Shown: positions 36,701-52,169, numbered from the stretch's first letter. The stretch is 64,000 nt of DNA from Welwitschia mirabilis (GCA_051453625.1 JBOZIK010000001.1:7870413-7934412); one strand, 5' to 3'. Numbers and translations are program-made. The notes: generated by a model not told the origin, from the sequence alone.

Positions 36701-37105
36701 CACTCTCTTCTAAGAAAAAACTAGAGTGCCTAAGGGAAAACCTTGGAAATGTTATCTATAATAAAACATTTAGAAAGGAGTTTCTATGCAAGGGAATTAC
36801 TTTGTTAAAGAAGTACTCAATTGACTACTATACATCCTGTAGGAGATAGGCTTATNNNNNNNNNNNNNNNNNNNNNNNNNNNNNNNNNNNNNNNNNNNNN
36901 NNNNNNNNNNNNNNNNNNNNNNNNNNNNNNNNNNNNNNNNNNNNNNNNNNNNNNNNNNNNNNNNNNNNNNNNNNNNNNNNNNNNNNNNNNNNNNNNNNNN
37001 NNNNNNNNNNNNNNNNNNNNNNNNNNNNNNNNNNNNNNNNNNNNNNNGGATTCAATTAGTATAACAATACTTCTAAACTTAGGTAATCTTATGAGGGGTA
37101 ATGGT

Positions 37106-40100
37106 TGTTAAGAAATAAGAGAGTTAATAATAAGTAGAATATCTCTCAAACTCAAATTTTTTTCTTCTTCTTGTTATTTCACAAAGAGCTTGCTTTATAA
37201 AGGAAAGCATACCACTAAGCTTTTCATGTATCACTATAGAAATACCCCCATCAACATGTAAATACACTCTTCTAAGGAAAAACTAGAGTGCCTAGGGGAA
37301 AACCTTAGAAATGTGGTCTATAATAAAACTTTTAGAAAGGAGTTTTTATGCAAGGGAACTACTTTGTTAAAGAAGTAGTCAATTGAATGCTATACATCTT
37401 ATAGGAGATAGGCTTACACATGCTATAATACTAGGCCAAAAATATGTACTATACATCCTATAGGACTAGGCCATAATTGTACTACACTAATACTAGAATC
37501 AAATGTTCCTTCAATTAGAGACTCGTAGATCAAGTAAAGCCTAGAATGTACAAGAAAGAAATGAGTTTGAGTCAACTTATTATCAATCTTATCTTGGATT
37601 GGAAATACTAAAACTCCTCTTGATCAAATGATTTAGTAATAATATCAAAAATTTCTTCTATAGTCAAGTAGTATACTAGTGCAATAATTTCATTTTATGT
37701 GATTTTTTTAATTTTGTGAATCCCTACACAGAAGTGTTTTATCTTATTATGGTGCACTAGATCCTTCGCTATGCAAATTACTGATTGATTATCAATGAAG
37801 AGTTCTATTGCCTTAGTTTATTTTAGATTTACTACTTCTAATAATTTTCTTAACCATTTTATTTCTCTACATGCTTCAAAAGTAGCTATATATTTGGCTT
37901 TAGTAGAATATTATACTATAGGTTTTTGACACTTCAACTATCAAGATAAAGGTGATGTTTTTAAGAATATGACATACCCTGATGTTAACAATGAGGTATC
38001 AGTTTCTCTAGTGAAATCTGAGTTAGTGTATGCCTTGAGAATTAAAAATTTCTTTTATAGATGAACCTAACTATTTTATCTTCTTTAGGTATCCTAATAC
38101 TCTCTTTGTAGTGTTTACATAAGTAACTTTAAGTGTATAAANNNNNNNNNNNNNNNNNNNNNNNNNNNNNNNNNNNNNNNNNNNNNNNNNNNNNNNNNNN
38201 NNNNNNNNNNNNNNNNNNNNNNNNNNNNNNNNNNNNNNNNNCGATAAAAGTATCTATATATTTAGCTTTGGTAGATTATTACAATATAGGTTTTTGACAG
38301 TTCGACTATCAAGATAGAAGTGATGTTTTCAAGAATATGACATACCCTAATGTTAACAATGAGGTATCAGTTTCTCTAGTGAAATCTGAGTCAGTGTATG
38401 CCTTGAGAATTAAAAGTTTATTTTATAGATGAACCTAACTATTTTATCTTCTTTAGGTATCTTAGTACTCTCTTTGTAGTGTTTACATGAGTAACTTTAG
38501 GTGTATAAAAATATCTTGACAATGCACCAATAGCATACGATATGTCTAGTTTAGTACTGGTTATACAAATTATACTTTCTACTATACTTCTATATTCTAT
38601 TTTATTTATAGGTTCTGAGTCTTCATCAACAAATCTTCTAGCATTTTTATCTAAAGGTATTATAGCTTCTTTTGTGTCTTATAGTCTAAAATTCTAGATA
38701 AAATCTCTAATTTAATTTTTTTACATAAATAAGATTCCATATTTTACTAAGAAATTTCTACACCTAAATAGAATTGAGCCAATTCAAGATAAAAAAACTT
38801 AAATTTCCTATCAATGTAATCTTTATTTGTTTCATATCTTCTTCATTACTTATGATTATCAACATATCATTCACATATATCACTATGTATGTAGATTTTT
38901 GTTCATTATATTTTATCAATAATGTGACATTCACATCTTGATAATCACATACTCTAAATCCAATGGAACTTAAATAATTTGAAGATTAGTGTACTAATCT
39001 CTTAGTGCTTATTTTAACTCATATAAAAACTTGATCAATCTACACACCTTATGTTCTTTGCCTTTTTCTTCAAAACCCTTTGATTGCATTATATAGGTTA
39101 CTTTTTGAAGTCTCTATGAAGAAATAAATTGATAAAGCTTTTAGCTTTTTATGCTATCAAGGAAATTACTATTCTAATGATATCCCATCTAGTTATTAGA
39201 GTAAAGACTTCATTATAGTCAAGTCCTTTCTTTTATTGTAGGCCTACAAAAACAAGCCAAGCTTAATGTCATTCAAGAATGTTATCTACATTATATTTGT
39301 TATAGAAACCCATCTACTAGGTAATCCTATGCATCCTCATGGAAGCTCTACCAAGTTCCAAGTATCATTTTCAATAAGGTCATTATATTATTTTTGCATG
39401 AATTCTATCCAATGATCATGTTAAATAGCAGATTTTAATGAGGTTGGTTCATCATCAAAAGTTAAGTGGATCTCATTATTATCATGATCATGAGATGTAT
39501 GTGAGTCATATCTAATTTTAGTTTTACCCTTTTCATCATTATGAACATGTTGGAGAGCAGATAACAACTAAGTACTTCGATGTCATATATAGGTAGTTCT
39601 AGCTTTTTTGATTAGAGAACCTACTAAATTGCTACTAGAATCATAATTAAGACTTCTTAGAACATCAAATTTCTTAATTCCCATAGTTTGCAAAGAAGCT
39701 TTACTAATAGAATAAATTAGAGTAGGACTGGTGGCTACATCTCTCCCCTTAACCATAGGATATTGAGCATTCAAGATGGTTACTAGGATAGACGAAAAAT
39801 AGATCTTTGAAAGATTAAGCTAAAAGTCATTATTTGAAGTCTCTGAAAAAATGGCACCATGAGAAGTAATGATCTCATAATGTTCTAGAAAATAACTCAA
39901 TAACCCTTCTAGTTAGTTAGATATTCCACAAAAATACTGATACGATCATGTGCTCTAATTTGTCATGATGCTTGTGTGAAATATGGATGTAGAACTTATT
40001 AAAAAAAAAACATGAAAGAAATGTAACTTTAGTTTGTACCCATATAACATCGTAGTGATAGATATCCCTTTTTTAGTATAGCAACCAATGCAATTAATAA

Positions 40101-43100
40101 AATGCATAGTTGTATTTACTACTTCACCATAAAGATGGATCTTATAGCCACTAAAATACATCATGGAATGCAGAATTTCCATGATTATGCAATTAAATCA
40201 CTTATTAATGCCATTTTATTGAGGTATCTCAGGGTANNNNNNNNNNNNNNNNNNNNNNNNNNNNNNNNNNNNNNNNNNNNNNNNNNNNNNNNNNNNNNNN
40301 NNNNNNNNNNNNNNNNNNNNNNNNNNNNNNNNNNNNCCATTTAGTTATTAGAGCAAAAAATTCATTACAGTTAAGTCCTTTCTTTTGTTGTAGGCCTACG
40401 ACAATAAGCCAAGCTTAATGTCATTCAAAAATGTTATCTACATTGTATTTGTTGTAGAAAACCATCTACTAAGTAATTCTATGAATCCTAATGGAAGCTC
40501 TATCAAGTTCCAAGTATTATTTTCAATAAGTTCATCATATTATTTTTGCATGAATTCTATCCAATTATCATGGTTAATAGCAGATTTTAATGAGGTTGGT
40601 TCACCATCAAAAGTTAAATGGAGCTCATCATTATCATGATCATGAGATGTATGTGAGTTATATCTAATTTTAGTTTTACCCTTTTCATCATTATGAACAT
40701 GTTGGAGAGTAGACGACAACCAAGTACTTCGATGTCGTATATAGGTAGTTCTAGCTTTTTTTGGTTAGAGAACCTACTAAATTACTACTAGAACCATGAT
40801 TAATCATTCTTAAAACATCAAAATTCTCAATTCCCATAGTTTGCAAAGAAGTTGTACTAATAGAATAAATTAGAGTAGGACTGGCGGCTACATCTGCCCC
40901 CTTAACCATGGGATATTGAGCATTTAAGATGGTTACTAGGCTAGACAAAAAATAGAGCTTTAAAAGATTAAGATAAAAAACATTATTTTAAGTCTATGAA
41001 AAAATGACATCATGAGAAATAATGATTTCATAATGTTCTAGAAAATAACTTAATAACTCTTCTAGTTAGTTAGATATTCCACAAAAATACTAATACAATC
41101 ATGTGCTCTAATTTGTTATGATGCTTGTGTGAAATATGGATGTAGCACTTATAACAAAAAGCATGAAAGCAATGCACCTTTAGTTTGTACCCATACAACA
41201 CTCAATGAGAGATATCCCTTTTTTAGTATATCAACCAATGCAATTAATAAAATGCATAGTTGTATTTACTACTTCACCACAAAGATAGATCTTAGAGCCA
41301 CTAAAATACATCATAGAATGCATCATTTCCATGATTATTTAATTAAATCACTTATCAATGCCATTTTATTAAGGTATCTTAGGGTAGGTCTCCAAATAAT
41401 GAATTTATTCAGAAGTGAGAAAGCCCTTAAATTTAGTAGATGTATACTCACCAACATTATCTAAGTGGAAACTCTTAATTTGATAATCATCCTGCTTTCC
41501 ACTTTGAGTTTAAACTTCTTAAAAATGTCTGATGTTTGATATTTTAAATTGATGAAATACATAAAACTCATTCATAATTATCAATAAAGTAGATAAAATG
41601 ATGAAAGTTGTGAAGAGTGAAAACTAACATAGATTCACATAGGTCATTATGAATAAGTAGAATCTTTCAATCGATATGCCACTTACTTAGTGTAAATCAT
41701 TGTTTAGTTGCTTTACCCATTATAAATTCTTTATACTAAGAAAATCCTATGAAATAAATTGAATATGTTAGTGGCAATTCATACACATCACATTCATGGT
41801 GTGAGGAGTAGAATGTCCTAGTTAAGTATGTCATAGTAGCAACAAATAGATCACGTCTTAGGAAATTATGCAAGTAATCTCTCATATTTTTACATAACCA
41901 CAAAGATGAATAATCTATCCATTTATGTAGCCTTTCATAATTAGTTGGTAATTGTAATATATTCACTGAGTGCTTCATCATGAAAATTTAGTGATCTTTT
42001 CACACTAGAGTGAAAAGTAATAGAAGATGAAACCTTAAAGAAGGCATATATAAAACATTAAAAAGAGTCTATAAAGTGAGTTATGTTGAGTTAATAATAA
42101 TAGAATTATAGACTTTCACTAGAAGTTAAGTTTTATTTACCCAAAAAACCTAAGTTGATGCTTCGACGAAGTCATTAAAACAAACATGTTGATAAGTCAT
42201 GTGAGGAGTAGCGCTTGTATCAAGAATCCATGTCTCATCATAAGGTACATGCTCATGCATACCTACAAAGTTAAATTTGTTAAAAAAATGCATTTAATTT
42301 AAAATTTTATCATTAAGGGATTTAGAATATTTAATAACTACATTGGTCTTGAGTGTAGATGTGATCTGGTCTCAAGCTAAATGATAGATGTCCATGATAT
42401 GACATTGTCTTCTACATTATGAATTCTAATATTTATTTTCTTTATAGTAGTAGTATGATAAACTTACTTCTTATCTAGTTGAGTCTAATTAGAATTTTTA
42501 CTTTGATATTTGTATAGAGCCTTACCCCTTATCATGATGCAATGCCTTTGGTAGATGAGAGTTGCTAGAAGACTACATATGTTGAAGAGGAGATTCATAA
42601 AAACATGAAACTTTGAATGTCACATTAAAGGATGAGGAACCTATAAAGTTAAATTGTATTTCTATGGCAATAAAATCATTTCTTAGTGTGTCAAATTTTA
42701 TATTAAGTAGCTACTTAATTTTATGAAGAGATATGTAGTTACGAAGAGATGAATCCTCCAAATAATAATGAATTAAATTGACATAATAAATGCATACTTT
42801 ATTAATTTGGTCTATCTTATTAACTTTTGCCTTAATGTCCATCATCTAAGCTATGAGCTAATAATTTTTTTCCCTTTCACAATAAAGGTTATTCATGCTT
42901 GTGATGAGGTTGATTGGTTCTAGATCATTCTTCACATAAAATGTATCGTGTAAAGTACAGTNNNNNNNNNNNNNNNNNNNNNNNNNNNNNNNNNNNNNNN
43001 NNNNNNNNNNNNNNNNNNNNNNNNNNNNNNNNNNNNNNNNNNNNNNNNNNNNNNNNNNNNNNNCATGTTCTTCATTTGTATTATAAAGAGGAACATGCAT

Positions 43101-43260
43101 TTTTTTAAAAAAATCTTAATCAAATCCATAAATCTACATGTAGACATGAAGTTATCATTTCATTCTTTCTAGCTCTAAGGTTTGTCATTATTCTGGTAGT
43201 TAATATGGGTGTGAATCTATCTAACAAAATTTGAAATCTACCTTTTGATAGAGTAGTCAT
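37106..43260 (-). mobile_element. Decayed Ty1/copia retrotransposon (gag, PR, INT, RT, RH) with putative 3' LTR ~37106-37500
   Basis: Minus strand: protease WILDTSATPHMT (~42200-42232), integrase LLIHNDLCESM...FIYFIDNY (~41575-41660), RT VCRLIKFLYELK*ALRD*Y (~38990-39047) and YIVIYVNDMLII (~38855-38890), RH ELFIDNQSVICIAKDLVHHNKIKHF (~37731-37805). INT-before-RT order is copia. Confidence 0.92.
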
Positions 43261-46200
43261 GATGAATGCAGAGAAGAGAGATAAGGTTTAACAAGTCATG
43301 AGGTAAAGTCGAATTTTAGAGGGATCTTGCTCACATTCTCTCTTAAATGTGATCTATCTAACACACAAAGGAAACTTGTCAAAACATAAAAGAATAAAAA
43401 CTAGAAAAAATGAAGATAGTGGTATAGTTATAAGAAACAAGATCTTACTCTCATCCATAATATCTAAGTGAGCTATCCCAATCACAATGCAATAAAATAA
43501 AATAGATAGAATGAAGTCACAACAGAGAGGTATAGTCATGAAGAAAAGGAAATCAAGCCTAAAAAATATAATTAATTTATCCAAATCATAATGTGTGACA
43601 ACCAAGAAAAGCCCCCCATAAATTATATAAAACCTATGCATATGAGAACAAAGATAGGTGTTTTATTAAAAATTTTTTAATATGAATGAAGTCAATTTTA
43701 ACATAAGGAATATAATTTAATTATTAGATGATGAAAATGTAGATTTATCCATTTTAGAGTCTGCTCCTAAATCCAGGTTGTGATTATATCCTCTCTAAGA
43801 ATAGTATCCTTGTCTCTTGAGAGAGTAAAAAAGATAAAGTATAAATTACCTTAGTGGCATGTCCAAGTGGTTGGTTAGTTTTGATTACCTTAGCTATATA
43901 CCCCTCTTAAAAAAGAGTACCATGTAATGTTGGAAATCTACTTATATCTTAGACTCAATAACTTTTACAATTAATTATGCTTANNNNNNNNNNAAGTAGA
44001 GCCTACTACTATACCTTTGGCCTTCACTCAATATGCCCTTAACTACTGAGACATACATGGAAATCTAGACCTTAGGGAACCTAGGACATTTTTTCTTAAG
44101 AGAGACATGACTCTCTATATGACCTGAACTTTACAGTTAAGGTAATTAAAGACTGCACAATAAGCTCAAAGGGAAGAGTAACTTGACATAGATCTCTATC
44201 TATATAATGCTTCTCATGCCTGCCACCAGCCAAGGCTTATTTCCAATAGAAAAATGAGATGTGTTTAGAGGTGAAATGTAATTTAGAATTTTAAAGCTTT
44301 ATAAAAAAATCAAATTTGAATGTGAGAAGAATAAAGAGAAAAAAGCACCAAAAGTTATACACATAAAGAGAGGGTCTAATCTAGTATAGCTAAGCTAAGT
44401 GGATCTTGCTCAACATCACATACTTAGTTGAATTTATCAAAATCACAAAAAAATCCAAGTAAGAAAAAAATCAAGTTAAGCAAATCTTGCTCCACATCCT
44501 AAANNNNNNNNNNNNNNNNNNNNNNNNNNNNNNNNNNNNNNNNNNNNNNNNNNNNNNNNNNNNNNNNNNNNNNNNNNNNNNNNNNNNNNNNNNNNNNNNN
44601 NNNGTCTACTCCTGAATCTAGGTTATGATTATATACTCTCCAAGGATAGTACCCTTGTCTCTTGAAGGAGTAAAAAAGATAAAGTATAAATTACCTTAGT
44701 GGGATATTCAAGTGGTTAGTTAGTTTTGATTACCTCGGCTATATACCCCTCTTAATAAAGAATACCATGTAATGTTGGCAATCTACTTATACCTTGAACT
44801 CAATAAATTTTACAATTGATTATGCTTATGATTTCTTGTCGACTTAGTAATGAAATCCAAGTAGACCCTACTACTATACCTTTGGCCATGCCCTTAACTA
44901 CTGAGACATACATGGAAATCTAGACCTTAGGGAACCTAGAACATTTTTTCTTAAGAGAGACATGACCCTCTATATGGCCTAAACTTTACAGTTAAGGTAA
45001 TTAAAGACTACACAATAAGCTTAAAGGGTAGAGTAACTTGATAAAGATCTCTATCTGTATAATGCTCCTCATGCCTACCACCAACCAAGGCTTATTTTTG
45101 ATAGAAAAAGATGATGTGTTTATAGGTGAAATGTAATTTACAATTTTATACCTTTATAAAAATAATCAAATTTAAATGTGAGAAGAATAAAGAGAAAAAA
45201 GCATCAAAAGTTATACACATAAAGAGAGGGTCTAATATGGTATAGTTAAGCTAAGTGGATCTTGCTCAACATCACATACTTAGTTGAATTTATCAAAATC
45301 ACAAAAAAATCCAAGTAAAAAAAAATCAAGTTAAGTGGATCTTGCTCCACATCCTAAACTTGACTTGATCAGAGAAAAGAAGATAAAAAGTAAAGGTTAA
45401 GGGCTTACAATGATTACAAAATTACCCAAAAACCTTTGAAAACCATGAAAAAACATTGAAAAAATTGAGTTTGGGCTTACAAATATGAAACATTTTTAAA
45501 AAAATTAAGAAAATGTGAAAAATACCTTAAAACAGCTAAACAAATACAAAAACTATTTATGTGTGCAAGATTGAACTAATGGCTGAGCAATAGCTCAGCT
45601 ACAGACATGTGTATACAAATGAACTGTGGCTAGGTAACGGCTCGCTAGAATTTCATGTGTGCATAACATAGAAATAGGTAGGCAAAAAATTTTGAAAAAA
45701 TATTTTTTATCANNNNNNNNNNNNNNNNNNNNNNNNNNNNNNNNNNNNNNNNNNNNNNNNNNNNNNNNNNNNNNNNNNNNNNNNNNNNNNNNNNNNNNNN
45801 NNNNNNNNNNNNATGTGAAAATTATGAAAAAACATTGAAAAAATTGATGTTGGGCTTACAAATGTGAAAAATTTTTAAAAAACTCAAGTAAATGTAAAAA
45901 ATACCTTAAAACAGCTAAACAAACACAAAAACTACTTATGTGTGCAAGATTGAACTAATGGCTGAACAATAGCTCAGCTACCCACATGTGTGTACAAATG
46001 AACTGTGGCTAGGTAATGGCTCACTAGAATTGCATGTGTGCATAACATAGAAATAGATTAGCACAAATTTTTGAAAAAATAATATTTATCACTTGATAAA
46101 ATTGAATCTATAGCCTCCAATTTTATAAACAAATGCCTTCACCATTACACCAATGTCAGGATGGTAATGATATAATGTATGAAAATAATTGGAAAAACAT

Positions 46201-48711
46201 AGATATAACTACATAAAGTGCAGTTGGTGGGTACTAACGAGAAGAAGAGGTAGCTGGATGCAGGTGGTAATTAGGAAAGGAAACTGCAGGCTATAAGAAG
46301 AATAAACATAAGGCACTTAGTATCAACAAGAAGAGAAATATAGGTGCACAGTAAATTAAGAAACATGAGATGGGATCAATAGATAGCAGCTAATAGGAGC
46401 AGTGTGATGGCTTAGTATGTAACACAGTTAGAGCATGCAAGAATAGCACTGATAAGGGTATGGTTTTAAGGTGGGAAGCAGTTGGTGATGGTTCAATAGG
46501 CAATGATAAAGGTGGATCCTAGGTTAGCAATCACAGGTAGATAGGAGATAGGCATAGAGAACAATGGTGTTAGATGATAAGAGATGCATGCACATAATGG
46601 ATTAGGAGCATGAGGAANNNNNNNNNNNNNNNNNNNNNNNNNNNNNNNNNNNNNNNNNNNNNNNNNNNNNNNNNNNNNNNNNNNNNNNNNNNNNNNNNNN
46701 NNNNNNNNNNNNNNNNNTTTAGTATGCAACATGGTTAGAGCGTGCAAGAATGACACCGATAGGGGTATGGTTTTGAGGTGGAAAGCAGTTGGTGATGATT
46801 CAGTAGGCAATGATAAAGGTGGATTCTAGGCTAGCAATCATAGGTAGATTGGAGATAGGAATAGAGAAGAATGGTATTAGATGATAAGAGACACGTGCAC
46901 ATAATGTATTAGGAGCATGAGGAAGGCTATGATAAAAATGGCATTATAGAAGACAACATTATAAAAAAAAGCAAATGGTATCATAGAAGGATAATAGCTA
47001 GGAATAGGCTGCAGTTGATGATAATTTGGTAGGTAAAGAATGTCAAATACTACTTGAAGCTAATTGGCATAAAAAAAATATAGGTGCACAAAAGCTGAGT
47101 GACAAAAATGTGTACATGAAGTGGCTACATGGACTGTGTAAGATAGTGAGGCAGTCATAGAACCAAGAAAGATACAACCAGTGGTAAATGTAATTTACAT
47201 ACGCACTAACAAGAAGTACTCAAGTAGAAATATAAAAAGGCATTAGCAGATACAAGTCAATGTAGGTAAATAACTATAAAGGCATGATAGTTACATAGAG
47301 AATAGAGGTATCTACAAATTAATAAAGGATAAATGGTAGAGTAAGAAAGGCATACAAAGCATGGAGGAAGGCTGCTTTGGCATCAGTAAAAAGATTGTTA
47401 TGATGTTATTACTAAAGTGGTAAAGGAGTTAGCATTAGGTAGTGATCGCACCAGTGAAAGATAACAGAAATAATAGCGATGTGTAGGAATAATGGATAAG
47501 AACTATTTGATGGATGTGGGTGTAGCTAGATGTAAGTGTAAAGAGAGTAGCAAAAGAGCAATTGTCAACTATTTAACCTAGTTAATAACATAGTCCCCTA
47601 AGAAAAAAGTTAACATTACAAAGAAAAGACATTTTAAACAGAAATAATAACAATTAAAAATATAACTCTCAGGCCTAAGAAAGGGCAAAATATTATCTCT
47701 TTTAAGATAATAATTGGAGTTAAATAAAGGAGAAAAACATGTCTTTAATATTACTTATGGGAAAACAAGAGATCCTACAATAGGTATAAGATTTCTTAAA
47801 CTTAAANNNNNNNNNNNNNNNNNNNNNNNNNNNNNNNNNNNNNNNNNNNNNNNNNNNNNNNNNNNNNNNNNNNNNNNNNNNNNNNNNNNNNNNNNNNNNN
47901 NNNNNNACAAAAAAGGCGTCATAGAAGACAACATTAAAAAAAAAAGCATATGACATCATAGAAGGATTATAGCTAGGAATAGGCTACGGTTGATGATAAT
48001 TTGATAGGTAAAGGGTGTTAAATACTACTTGAAGGTAATTAGCATAAAAAAAAATATAGGTGCATAAAAGCTGAGTGACAAAAAGGTGTAGATGAAGAGG
48101 CTACATGGACTATGCAAGATAGTGAGGCAGCCATAAAGCCATGAAAGATACAACCAGTGGTAGATGTAATTTAGGTAGGCACTAACAAGAAGTACCCAAG
48201 TAGAAATATGAGAAGGCATTAGCAGATACAAGTGGATGTGGGCGAATAACTGTAGAGGCATGATGGTTACATAGAAAATAGAGGTAGCTATAAATTAATA
48301 AAGAATAAATGGTAGAGTAAGAAAGGCATACAAAGCATGAAGGAAGGCTACTTTGGCATCACTAAAAAGGGTGTTGTGATGTTATTACTACAGTGGTAAA
48401 GGAGCTAGCATCAAGTAGTGACGACACTAGTGAAAGATGATAGAAATAATAGCGTTGTGTAGGAATAATGGATAAGAACTATTTGGTGGATGTGGGTGTA
48501 GCTAGATGTAAGTGCAAAGAGAGCAGCAATAGGGTAATTGTTAACTATTCAACCTAGTCAATCACATAGTCCCCCAAGAAAAAATTTAACATTACAAATA
48601 AAAGACATTTTAAAAAGAAACAATAATGATTAAAAATATCTCTCAGGCCTTAGAAATGGTAAAATATTAGCTCTTTTAAGATAATAATTAGAGGTAAACG
48701 AGGGAGAAAAA

Positions 48712-48925
48712 CATGTCTTTAATATCACTTGTTGGAAAACAAGAGATTCAATAATAGATAAAAGATTTCTCAAACTTAAAATTTTATTTTTCTTTTTCTT
48801 GTTATTTCATGAAGAGCCTGTTTTATAAAGGCAAGCACAACATTAGGGTTTTCTATATCCTTAGGAGTGGGATCACAGTATGCAAAAACCTTAGTAATGG
48901 TTTTTGTGTATGCTCTCTTTCAACA
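48712..48925 (-). repeat. Short 5' LTR (48730-48925) with decayed Met PBS, related to the LTR at 37106
   Basis: Termini TGTTGGAAA...TTTCAACA. Shares AAGAGA...TCTCAAACT.AAA...TTCTTGTTATTTCA.AAGAGC...TTTATAAAGG.AAGCA with 37106-37210. Minus-strand AGTGATATTAAAGAC next to the LTR resembles AGTGGTATCAGAGCC. Confidence 0.7.
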
Positions 48926-51900
48926 TTTACAATCTAGAATTTAGTATATAATGTTGTAAATGATACCTGAGATAAGAAAAGATAAGGAAAGATTGCTCTT
49001 ATAACCTATGTGGTTAATAACAGTTTTAAATAGGAATTTAATAATGCCAAAGGTCTTATTATTTTGGATTATTCTAATGAGATCTAAATGACTATTATAA
49101 GTATCTATGACATGAAACATAGGTAATACATTATGAATGATGAACCTAAACAAGGTAAGTTAATGTTTATCTAAAATATTACATGAAAGAAAACCTTCTT
49201 TGTTGGGAGCATACTCTACATATAAGACATGACAACAATATTCTAAAGTGTTTACTTAAAAAAAAGAAATATGATCAAAATGTTCTACCCTTAAGACTAC
49301 TTCAAAATCAACTAATAAATAGTGGTAAATGAAGTGCGTTGAATATGTTAATGAATTACCCAATGATCTTCATTATCAAATGTTACATTTTTATAGAATT
49401 TAAGTACTTCCTTTGGATAATAAAATGCATTATCTTTTTTTACTAGGTAATTCTAACTCCTAGTTTCAATTCTAGTGAGGTAGTAAGGAGCAAACACATC
49501 TATAAAGAAGCTAAAACTACCCTCTTCTATTCATCATTTTGGAAAAACTAACAAGAAGGAAAAGATAATATAGAAATAAAAAGAAATGATAGAGATAAAG
49601 AAAAGAAATATAAAAGAAAAAGTAAAAAACAAAACGAAAATGATATTAGCAAAGAATTTTTCATGGAAGATTGTAAAGAAAAACATAAATTTGAAAAACA
49701 TATGGATACCTTCATTTTTTGAATCTAAGAAGACTGTAAAAGGTAATTGTATATAGGCACAGGATACAAGACTCAAGTAAATAACAATGGCACTAGTTAT
49801 CATAGGTAACAGTGCTAGTTCAACATGACATAAGTAATTTCATGATGAACTTGAACCTTGTTGTAATGTTAAGAAGGCATTAGTCTTACAGATGCAATGG
49901 AATGTTGAGGTAAAATAGGGTATTTATAGATTTTGGAATAAATTATAACTATTGAATCATCTAGGCTAATTAATNNNNNNNNNNNNNNNNNNNNNNNNNN
50001 NNNNNNNNNNNNNNNNNNNNNNNNNNNNNNNNNNNNNNNNNNNNNNNNNNNNNNNNNNNNNNNNNNNNNNNNNNTGATTAGGATGAGCTATTACACGAAT
50101 TAAAGGTTGAATTAATAGTTCATTTCATAAAAAGCACAATTATGTTTCTTTGGGGTGTTTTTTCCATAGAATACTATTGTAAAAAATGAAATTTAGGGAA
50201 AACAAAACATGAAATATAATGAAAAATGCATCAATCACAATTCAAAAGATAGAATGCCTAAGTTAAAGGCCACAATTATTTTAAAAAAATTTCAAATTTT
50301 ATTCTAAATTTAAATAGATCACAATGCAAGACAAATAAGGTATTTTTAAGAAAACCTATAGAAATCCAAAAATTAATTAATAAAATCTTTAAGTACTCAA
50401 GTTAAAAAAAGAAATGTCATAAGAATCTCCAAATCCCACTTTTTCTTTTCATTTTCATCTTTTCTATAATCACATATATTCCTTGTTTCAAGAATTTAGA
50501 TCAAATTGAGCATCTAATATTATGACAACTTCTTCCAACAAAATCAAGCATATTATTTTGGGAAGAAATTAATGTTACATTATTAGTGAGTGTATATAAC
50601 CCTAATGTAGCTAAATATGCCATAAATAAATCATTAGAGCTATATTAGCAATAAATATCTCTAATGAAGTTAACTAAATCCATTTTTAATTGATTAATAC
50701 ATAATGTGGTCTTTATATAAGAGGTATTTTATTTTAATTTAATCATTCCTTCTCATATTAAATAAATTTTTCATGCACATGAAAGAGGTCATTAGCTCAT
50801 TATCCTAATCAAGAAAAATATCATCTCCATAAAATGATTTAAAAATATAAAACATAATATGAAAGTAGATTCTAGCTTTTTCTTTGCATGTTCCAAGTTT
50901 GAAGACCTTAAGTAATACTAATATTAATAAGATAACTTAGAAAATAAGCAAATTTTTTTAAAAAAGTATAATTAAACTTAAATTCTACCTAATTCTTGAT
51001 GATAAGGTAATTAACTATTAATGATTTATTTGTTATTGNNNNNNNNNNNNNNNNNNNNNNNNNNNNNNNNNNNNNNNNNNNNNNNNNNNNNNNNNNNNNN
51101 NNNNNNNNNNNNNNNNNNNNNNNNNNNNNNNNNNNNNNATTTATTTGTTATTGGTCATCAACTAGAATCATCTAATCTTAGAAACTCATGAATGGACGGT
51201 AATAATGGATGATTTATATGCTTAATGAGGTGATTGAAAATTGGGGAAGATGCAATGAATGATTTGAATGGGTAGTGATGCTTATGGCTATCAATGTTAA
51301 AAATGTCCTTAGGGTTTAATGAATTGGTTGTGATTTGGGAATTTCTACTACAAGGGATTTTCTCAAAGGAATGGAGTGTGAAAAATATAAATATATTATG
51401 ATTTTTATGAATCAACTTTGTGCATATATGTAAAAAGTTTAAAATAATAACAAAGTAGAATTAGAAAACTCTAAGTTTTAAAGTAAAAAATGTTTCATTC
51501 TATTGCATTTCTATGCTTTTCTAATAGATCATTAAAAGGAAAATCAAAAGAATTAAAATCAAGTTGCGAAGAACAACTATTCAATTCAATAAGATAAGAA
51601 TCAAGATCATGAATTTCATAAACAAAANNNNNNNNNNNNNNNNNNNNNNNNNNNNNNNNNNNNNNNNNNNNNNNNNNNNNNNNNNNNNNNNNNNNNNNNN
51701 NNNNNNNNNNNNNNNNNNNNNNNNNNNAATTCTTGATGATAAGGTAATCAATTATTAATGATTTATTTTTTATTAGTCATCAACTAGAATAATCTAATCT
51801 TAGAAACTCATGAATGGATGGTAATGATGGATGATTTATATGCTTAATTAGGTGGTTGGAAATTGGGGAAGATGTAATGAATGATTTGAATGGGTAGTGG

Positions 51901-52169
51901 TTCTTATGGCTATCAATGTCAAAAACATCCTTAGGGTTTAATGAATTGGTTATGCTTTGGAAAGTGCTACTACAAGGGAGTTTCTCAAAGGAATGGAGTG
52001 TGGAAAATATAAATATATTATGATTATGAGGATTAAAACCTAGATTATTCAAAAGGGAAGTATGATGAATATCATTTTTATGAATCAACTTTGTACATAT
52101 ATGTAAAAACTTTAAAAGAATAACAAAGTAGAACTAGAAAAGTCTAAGTTTTAAAGTCAAAAATGTTTC

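Noticed and set aside
49534-49803. Hydrophobic ORFs (also 43354-43641 and 57084-57497) as membrane or env proteins
   Set aside because: The F/L/I richness follows from T-rich low-complexity strands, and there is no recognisable motif or second copy supporting coding.
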